Shown here piece by piece: positions 57,856 to 64,000 of a DNA stretch of 64,000 nt. Both the position numbers and the translations under genes were made by a program. The stretch comes from Candidatus Binatia bacterium. Its GTDB lineage: Bacteria > Desulfobacterota > Binatia > UBA12015. The notes beneath the pieces are model-generated. The model was given only the letters and a program-made list of their open reading frames with translations, did not search any database and was not told the DNA's origin. The DNA lies in NCBI GenBank assembly GCA_029248525.1, contig JAQWJE010000049.1, forward strand, positions 386,535 to 450,534, given 5' to 3'. Within the stretch, counting starts at the first letter, position 1. Every line of letters starts with the position of its first letter.

Positions 57856-59442
57856 CTAATCGGCTCGTCCCGTCCTCCCTTGCTCGATGGGGGGCGAGCG
57901 CAAATTCCGGATAATCTCCTCGATCTCCGCTCCGGAGAGTCCGGCCGCAGATGGCTGGTCGAGAATTGATAATCTTGGTTCGCGCCAGGTCTCGGCGCGC
58001 TCAATTTGCGCAAAGATTCTTCCAAAAGCTTCCGGAAGAATCGCCTCTCCGCCGAGGACGGCGACCGTCCAGTCGTCAGATGTTGCCGCAGCGAAGCCGA
58101 AATGGCTGCTGGGTTTTTGCGCGGTTCGTGCGGGAAGCTCCGCGGCGCTGGTCCCCTTTTTCCGGAAGGTTTCGGTGAATTTCTGCACTTTCGTTCGTGG
58201 CATCAGGAAGTCGGCAAGAAGGTGAAATGGCGTCGGGCGCCCGGCGGCGCGCAGACTCGCACCGGTTTTCGGGTTCCGCCAAAACGCGCGCAAGGAAGCG
58301 AGGGTCACGCTCTGTGGCTGTTTACTGGCAATGGCGATCCATCGCGAGGCTGGCTGGCCGGCCCAGATCGTCACGTCGAGGAACTCCGTTGTCAGCTCCG
58401 ACATAACCAGAGCCAATTCCTCGACGGGTAGGGTCCCCGGATCAATTTTCACGGCGTAGAGCCCGTCGGGAGCCAGAGCTTCAGCGATCGAGTCGAGAAA
58501 CGATTGCGAGAGACACGCGGCAAAGGCTTGCGAGGTGACCATCGGCGGTTGGAGGAGAATGACGTCGAAAGGGCCTCCCGAGACGGGAGAGCATGCCGCT
58601 GCGGTCTCTGTCCGGGGCGTGATTGGCGCCGCCGACTTGTCGGTAAACCAACTCGTCAAATGGGCGGGTTCGCCGAGTCGGTCGCGAACGAAGATTTCGA
58701 GATCCGAATGCGTGCCCGCGGCGGCGATTGGTTGGCCGCTGCCTCGGCCGAGAAAGAGCATTCGCTTTGGCTGGCCTTGGAGGATCAATGGCAGATGGGC
58801 CAAAAATCGATCCTCTTGCGCCAGAGCTTCCGCGTATATCGCGCGGCCGTCGGGTCCGCGCAGGAGCCGTCCCCGATTGGCATCATCGGTGACCATCGCT
58901 ATCCCGGGCGCCTCGTCCGCGAGCGCGAGAAGCGTACCGAATCGATCTTGCAGGCTCCCGCTGAGCAGCGAGCGGGGCCATAAGGCGCTGAGCCCGACGC
59001 AAAGCAGGAGGAAAATCAGCGTGCGCTTGCGTGGGGGAAGGGTTGTCTCGATGGCCAACGCAATGGCGGCTGTCGCCGGAAAGATTTGGAGAGTCCCAAA
59101 TTGCCAGGCAAAGGCTGCTTGCAGCCAAGGCATCGCGGCCAGAGCGCCGACAAGAAAACCTGCGAAAACGGGCCCGCTGGATTCGGCCTCTCGTCTGGTC
59201 CGGGAAAGGGTCGCCCCCAGAAGGGGCGCCACCGGCAGCAGGAGGAGGGTATGAACGCCGAAGATCCAGAGCAGGGTGCTGGGCCAGCTATCGAGTTTCG
59301 GGAGATAGGGCGCGGCTCGGGGGAGCACCCATCCAAGAAAGAGCCAGAGGAGAGGCAGGCTGAGAGTTGCTGCGATCGCGCCGAATAGCAGTCGTTTGGA
59401 TGAGCCCGTCAGGCGCCGCCAGTCAAGCAGGGATCCGATCAC
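57856..59442 (-). CDS. Membrane protein with spermidine-synthase-like (aminopropyltransferase/PABS-fold) C-terminal domain
   Basis: N-terminal ~200 aa with multiple TM helices. Later LFLGRGSG and FDVILLQPP resemble SpeE GGGDG and DVIIVD motifs. 528 aa. Confidence 0.4.
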   Translation of the reverse strand: MIGSLLDWRRLTGSSKRLLFGAIAATLSLPLLWLFLGWVLPRAAPYLPKLDSWPSTLLWIFGVHTLLLLPVAPLLGATLSRTRREAESSGPVFAGFLVGALAAMPWLQAAFAWQFGTLQIFPATAAIALAIETTLPPRKRTLIFLLLCVGLSALWPRSLLSGSLQDRFGTLLALADEAPGIAMVTDDANRGRLLRGPDGRAIYAEALAQEDRFLAHLPLILQGQPKRMLFLGRGSGQPIAAAGTHSDLEIFVRDRLGEPAHLTSWFTDKSAAPITPRTETAAACSPVSGGPFDVILLQPPMVTSQAFAACLSQSFLDSIAEALAPDGLYAVKIDPGTLPVEELALVMSELTTEFLDVTIWAGQPASRWIAIASKQPQSVTLASLRAFWRNPKTGASLRAAGRPTPFHLLADFLMPRTKVQKFTETFRKKGTSAAELPARTAQKPSSHFGFAAATSDDWTVAVLGGEAILPEAFGRIFAQIERAETWREPRLSILDQPSAAGLSGAEIEEIIRNLRSPPIEQGRTGRAD

Positions 59443-59628
59443 GAAGAGGGCCGCGAAGCTGGCGGCGAACGAGATTTCCGACCAGAGCGTATTTTGCGAC
59501 AGGAGAGTCGCCAGCCGGGCCAGGAGAAAAAACAGACATGCGGTAAGCAGCCCGATCGAAAAGGGGCGTACCCCGGCCCTCAGGCGAAACGCTCGGGCGG
59601 AGCCTCTGCTTTCCTCCGAGCCCAGCGC

Positions 59629-60753
59629 TCAGGCTCCGGTGCCGGCAGCAAAGAGATTTTCTCGCTTTCGCTGAGCGGTCAGTGGCTGTCCGAGATTTTT
59701 CTCCAGTCGGGCGGCTGCAGCAGGTGCCTGGCGACGCATTTTTCCGAAAACTTCCGCGGGAATCGCCACAGCAACGCACGGCATATCGGCAATGACGGTT
59801 TCCGAATGGCGGTACTTTTCAAACGATCCATTCTGTCCAAAATGATCGCCGGGCTGAACGGGAAATTTTCGGTCCCCCTGGATCGATGTTGCCTCACCTG
59901 CGACGAGGAGGAACGTTGATTTGGCGGGCTCTCCGCGTCTGGCGACCCGGTCGCCGGTGCAGATCCGAAAGATTGTGGACTGGTCGAGAATCTGGTCTAT
60001 CTCGCGATCTCCCATGCCACGAAAAATAGCGCAACTGTTCGCGACCCCGGAGCCCAGCCGCTGTTCCACCCGAGGTCTCATGCCGCCGGGTCCGAGCTCT
60101 GTCCCGGTTAGCGCCGGTCCCGCTCCCGGGTACATTTCGTGGAACCACGCGATGACCTCATTGTCGTCGAGGTAGTTTGCAGCAGCTCGAGCGAGCGGCG
60201 TCCGACGCCGCAAAAGTTCCTGTCGATCGCCGAGCAGCATGAGGAGTGGCAACTTGTAACCGTAAGCCGGATCATCAAACCCTCTCTCGTAATTGCGGAA
60301 GCCCAAATGCTGATAAAAGGGGAGCTGGTGAGGGCTGCAGTCCCCGAAATTCAGCCGGATTTCGCGTTGGCGCATATAGTCGTACACGACCTTCATCAAA
60401 GGATAGATCAATCGTCCATTGCGATTCCGGGGATCGAGCATGAATCGGCTCGTCGTGCAGAGGGCGTCCATGCCGAAGCCGGCCAGAGCCGGGTGCATAT
60501 GGAGGCGCGATAGAATCTTCTGCGGTTCCGGAAGGTCGGCAAGGCAGGTCACCCGCAGAGAGCCGATCGCTTCCCCATTTTTCCAGGCACCGAAGGAGAG
60601 GCTGTTCTCCTCGATCACATCCCGGATAGATCGGGACTCGTGATCGGCCTCGGGGGTCGGGATTTGCAACTCCTCGACGTAGACGCGGTAGCGGAGTTCG
60701 CAGATTTCCGAAATCTCTCGGGGCGTCTTCGCTGGACCTATGACCACGCCCAT
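59629..60753 (-). CDS. FeeM-like N-acyl amino acid synthase (GNAT fold) fused to cyclic-nucleotide-binding domain
   Basis: N-terminal ~230 aa resembles FeeM/autoinducer-synthase-like N-acyltransferases (LRYRVYVEEL...). C-terminal ~120 aa has cNMP-binding beta-roll signature (FLLVAGEA...GDHFG...A). Confidence 0.5.
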   Translation of the reverse strand: MGVVIGPAKTPREISEICELRYRVYVEELQIPTPEADHESRSIRDVIEENSLSFGAWKNGEAIGSLRVTCLADLPEPQKILSRLHMHPALAGFGMDALCTTSRFMLDPRNRNGRLIYPLMKVVYDYMRQREIRLNFGDCSPHQLPFYQHLGFRNYERGFDDPAYGYKLPLLMLLGDRQELLRRRTPLARAAANYLDDNEVIAWFHEMYPGAGPALTGTELGPGGMRPRVEQRLGSGVANSCAIFRGMGDREIDQILDQSTIFRICTGDRVARRGEPAKSTFLLVAGEATSIQGDRKFPVQPGDHFGQNGSFEKYRHSETVIADMPCVAVAIPAEVFGKMRRQAPAAAARLEKNLGQPLTAQRKRENLFAAGTGA

Positions 60754-61520
60754 CCGGCCTGCTCGTTTCCCACTTGTCGGAACATTGTCGTGTACAGATA
60801 CGAGACTACGCGAGCCGCTTCGCAGACGTCTCTCCGATCTTCAGGAGTCTGGATATGACCCTCGATGGCTCGGCTTATATCCTCGAAATGGCTCGCATCA
60901 GCCGCTCCATGCCCCGCTACAAATTGTACGGGAGCCGATACGCCCCCTCGGTTTTCGCTCAGCTTCGCGCCCACCTCGGAGCCGATATCCGCCCCGACAG
61001 CCTCGAGGATATACATCCAACCCATGATAGCGGCGGGGTTTCCGGACGTCGCCAAATCGTGGACGTAGCCAACCAGTGCCGCACAGGCGAGGGTGGGGCG
61101 CGCCCGGACGACGGTTTCCCCGGAGACGCCGAGTTTCTCGAGGTCTGCGAGAGCCCATTTTTCATGCCCCTGCTCTTCAAGGGAATGCCGCAGCAAATAC
61201 GTTGCAAGGCCTTCGTTCTCCGTACAGCAGCGGGCTGCCGCAGCCGCCATGATAACGGGGCTGAAACGGGCATAATGGTATACGTTGGTCAGGTAGTTGG
61301 CGTAGTCCTCATTGCTCAGGCTGCCGGCCAAAGCCTCGGAAACGATCCGACATCCCTTGAGGTTTGCCATGGTCGACAGGCGTATTTCGCCGAGCGCCTC
61401 CATCGGCTTTTGCTCATCTTTGCTCTGCTGGTCAGCTTGCTTGACGCGAGCAATTCCCAAACCACCCATCATCCACCCCACATACGCCCGACCCACATCG
61501 TTCGGCGCGTTCTTCGTCAT
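60738..61520 (-). CDS. Iron-containing redox enzyme family protein (heme-oxygenase-like fold, PqqC/CADD/TenA-like)
   Basis: 260 aa helical protein with EEQGHE and HGAADASHFED carboxylate/His motifs like HO-like diiron enzymes. Overlaps downstream gene start by 16 nt. Confidence 0.45.
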   Translation of the reverse strand: MTKNAPNDVGRAYVGWMMGGLGIARVKQADQQSKDEQKPMEALGEIRLSTMANLKGCRIVSEALAGSLSNEDYANYLTNVYHYARFSPVIMAAAAARCCTENEGLATYLLRHSLEEQGHEKWALADLEKLGVSGETVVRARPTLACAALVGYVHDLATSGNPAAIMGWMYILEAVGADIGSEVGAKLSENRGGVSAPVQFVAGHGAADASHFEDISRAIEGHIQTPEDRRDVCEAARVVSYLYTTMFRQVGNEQAGWAWS

Positions 61521-61647
61521 GATCACCCTGATTCTCAGGGTGTGCAAGACAACATCTTACCGTGTTGATCATAGCAAATGCAGCATGACGAGTAAATTTG
61601 TCGAGATATATGACAATCGGGAGGCTGGTTGGTGGTGCGAAAACGGT

Positions 61648-63732
61648 TCAGGAGGTCCAGCTGGCCTCGAAACCCGCATACCAGTTCAGGCGCGCGGCCG
61701 GTTCATAGAAGCGTCCTCCGCGGGCGTTGATCCGCAGGGTTCCATCATAGGTTGCACCATTGAGATTCCGGACGCCTGCGAACGGCTGGACTTGCCAATG
61801 TTTGCCGATCATCCCTGTCCAGGCCATGCGGAGGCCGAGCGTGACGTATGCCGGGCTTTTGGCCAGATTTGCGTCATCCACGGGGATGGCTCCCACCCCC
61901 TGGACCTCGGCGGCCAGATACAAGCCGGAATCGCCGCGCCAGGAAAGTTCCCCGAACGCCTGCCAGGGCGGGATTCCGGGCTCGGCGTTCCCGTCGAATT
62001 GTCCATTATCCGTCGTATACGAGATATATTTTGCATCGAGGGCGGCGGCGGCCAGAGTCCATCCAAAGCCCATCGGCAGCTTGCCGCTTCCTTCGAGTTC
62101 GACTCCCCGGCGTTGCGATCGACCGGCATTTCGAAACGCCACTCTTCCCGACAGGGTTTCATAGGGAATCAGTTCGTCCTGCAGGTCGATCAGGAAAAAA
62201 GCGAGACCCAGAGTCAGGGATTCGTGTTCATATCGGGAGCCTACCTCCCAGCTTTGGGCGGTTTGGGGTTTGATTTCGTCGTTGAAGCCCGGCCTATTGG
62301 GGTTCACCAATTCTGTCGTGGTTGGGACCTGAAAAGCGGTGCTGAACGAGGCGAAGACGGAGAGATCGCTGTCCGGCGTCCAGAGGATTCCGGCCGAGGG
62401 GCTCCAACGGTCCATGGTTCGATTGCCCGAGTCTCCGCTGTCGGCAGGGAAGCGGACGTCGACCGCATAGAAAAAGGCGTCGTAGCGAATGCCGCCTGTG
62501 AGCTCGACCTCGGGAAGAATTTCAAAGTCCTCTCGAAGGAAAACGCCGATGCCGGTAACCTCCTCGACTTGATGGAGTCCGAGCGCACCCTGATTCCCCT
62601 CCTCGTTGGCCCAGCGCCGGCGATCGTCGTTCTGGTGTTGCACCTCGAGACCGGTGGTGATGCGTTGTGTCCACCCCCATAGCGGACCGTTCCATTGGTA
62701 CTGGAGCCCACCGGACGGGGAGATGCGATCGAATCCGACGACCCCGTCACCGAATTGGGGAAGGATGGGCAGGCGAGCAAAAAAGCTGCGGTAGAGCAGG
62801 CTGATATTGCCATCGACGCTATGTGGGCCGTCCTGATACGAACCGACCAGACCCAGCCGGACTTGCTGGACCTCTTCGCCTGCCCGCAACAGAACATTTC
62901 GCTCTCGAGCGCTGCGCCGATCCTCCTCGACCTCCTCGATCGTCAATCCACCGGGGTCCTGCGCCTGCGGCGCATCCACCGCCTGAAGGAGCAACGTCAG
63001 ATCAATCGTGTCGGATAAATCCCATTTCGCCTTGCCGCTCAGGTTGGCACTTCTGGTCCGCGCATGATCGCGATAGCCGTCCTGCTGCATCCAGGTCGCC
63101 CCGAGATAACCGCCGCCGGACTCCCAACGAGTATCAGCCTGAGCAGATGCTCGCAGCAGCCCGAAGGATCCGCCGAGAACCCGGGCCGTGACCCCGGGAT
63201 TTTCCGGAGGTTCGCGCGTGAAAATTTGTACGACCCCTCCTGCCGCATTCCCGTAAAGGGAAGCGGATGCGCCGCGCAGGACTTCGACCCGGTCGGTCAT
63301 CGCGAGATCGAGGTCGTCGATCTGGGTTTGGCCGTCGGCGAGAGTAGCGGGCAGTCCGTCAACAAGAACTTTGATCTCTCGAATTCCGAATGCCGCTCGC
63401 GTTCCAAAGCCACGAATCTGGATTCGTGCATCCTGCGCAAAGTTTCCGCTTTCCTGCACGAGAAGGCCGGGCACGCGGGCCAGGGATTCCCCGAGGGAGA
63501 CGCCCGGGCGAGCCAGAGTCAGTGCGTCGGGCCCGACGATACTGATACTCGCGGCGTTCTTCTGGAGTGGCCGCGGTGATCGAGTGCCCGTCACGACCAA
63601 GGATTCAATGGAGGCCGGAGGGGTCTCGCCGGTGCTTGTTGGCGCTTCCTCTTGGGCAACAGTTGCCGCATATGCCATGCTCGGGCCTGCAAGTAAAAAC
63701 AGAATTCCCGTAAGCCATCGTTGCCAGTTCAT
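61648..63732 (-). CDS. TonB-dependent receptor
   Basis: Signal peptide MNWQRWLTGILFLLAGPSMAYA. Plug motif (ESLVVTGTRSPRPLQ), 22-strand barrel-like repeats. 694 aa. Confidence 0.75.
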   Translation of the reverse strand: MNWQRWLTGILFLLAGPSMAYAATVAQEEAPTSTGETPPASIESLVVTGTRSPRPLQKNAASISIVGPDALTLARPGVSLGESLARVPGLLVQESGNFAQDARIQIRGFGTRAAFGIREIKVLVDGLPATLADGQTQIDDLDLAMTDRVEVLRGASASLYGNAAGGVVQIFTREPPENPGVTARVLGGSFGLLRASAQADTRWESGGGYLGATWMQQDGYRDHARTRSANLSGKAKWDLSDTIDLTLLLQAVDAPQAQDPGGLTIEEVEEDRRSARERNVLLRAGEEVQQVRLGLVGSYQDGPHSVDGNISLLYRSFFARLPILPQFGDGVVGFDRISPSGGLQYQWNGPLWGWTQRITTGLEVQHQNDDRRRWANEEGNQGALGLHQVEEVTGIGVFLREDFEILPEVELTGGIRYDAFFYAVDVRFPADSGDSGNRTMDRWSPSAGILWTPDSDLSVFASFSTAFQVPTTTELVNPNRPGFNDEIKPQTAQSWEVGSRYEHESLTLGLAFFLIDLQDELIPYETLSGRVAFRNAGRSQRRGVELEGSGKLPMGFGWTLAAAALDAKYISYTTDNGQFDGNAEPGIPPWQAFGELSWRGDSGLYLAAEVQGVGAIPVDDANLAKSPAYVTLGLRMAWTGMIGKHWQVQPFAGVRNLNGATYDGTLRINARGGRFYEPAARLNWYAGFEASWTS

Positions 63733-64000
63733 GCATAGGGTCCAAGGTTTTTCTGATCAGGAAGTCAAGGTATGCCAGGGATTCTATTGCAGGAATTGCA
63801 ACGAGATGGAGATCCGGATACCGCAGGATCAGGAGGCTTTTTGACACCGAGTGCTGGCTGCTCGGCGACGGAGGTCGTCCTGAAGTCCCGTCGGGCGGTC
63901 GGGATGAATGCTCGGGTGTTGAATTCGAATTCGGGGCGAGGTGTGATGCACCTCGTCCCGAGCCGCATATCAGGCCTGGTATTAAACCCCATATCTCGCC

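Noticed and set aside
1-64000. Search for mobile elements, CRISPR repeats, rRNA or tRNA
   Set aside because: No transposase, integrase or recombinase-like ORFs. No regularly spaced direct repeats. No tRNA-like GTTCGAAT-containing cloverleaf candidates seen in the intergenic regions I inspected.

Overview
This is a GC-rich (about 60-65% by eye) bacterial chromosomal segment with dense coding on both strands. I call about 56 protein genes. I saw no rRNA, tRNA, CRISPR array, transposase or integrase. The gene content suggests a Gram-negative proteobacterium: two TonB-dependent receptors, a NodT/TolC-type outer membrane factor, HlyD, FKBP, a Myxococcus-type cysteine-rich repeat protein and two DUF3604 proteins. 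Possibly Myxococcota or a marine or sediment Gammaproteobacterium, but I cannot determine the taxon.

Housekeeping genes: hemH, acnA, galK, dinB, miaE, tandem moeA genes and an ABC-F ATPase.

Accessory loci worth a second look:
1. A minus-strand cluster at 56.5-63.7 kb: TonB receptor, a heme-oxygenase-like iron-containing redox enzyme, a FeeM-like N-acyl amino acid synthase fused to a cyclic-nucleotide-binding domain, a membrane spermidine-synthase-like protein, and a GT75/RGP-like protein.
2. A PHM/DBH-like type-II copper monooxygenase lipoprotein, co-operonic with a DUF62 SAM hydroxide adenosyltransferase and a TonB receptor, at the end of a long co-directional gene array.
3. A fliA-flgM module with no flagellar neighbours, preceded by a sigma-54-like promoter and phased upstream repeats.
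4. Tandem MoeA genes, the second fused to a molybdate-binding-like domain.
5. Palindromic repeat and terminator structures.

High GC content gives many long antisense ORFs in the six-frame track; I rejected those as spurious. All functional calls come from reading motifs in the translated sequences. No database searches were run.
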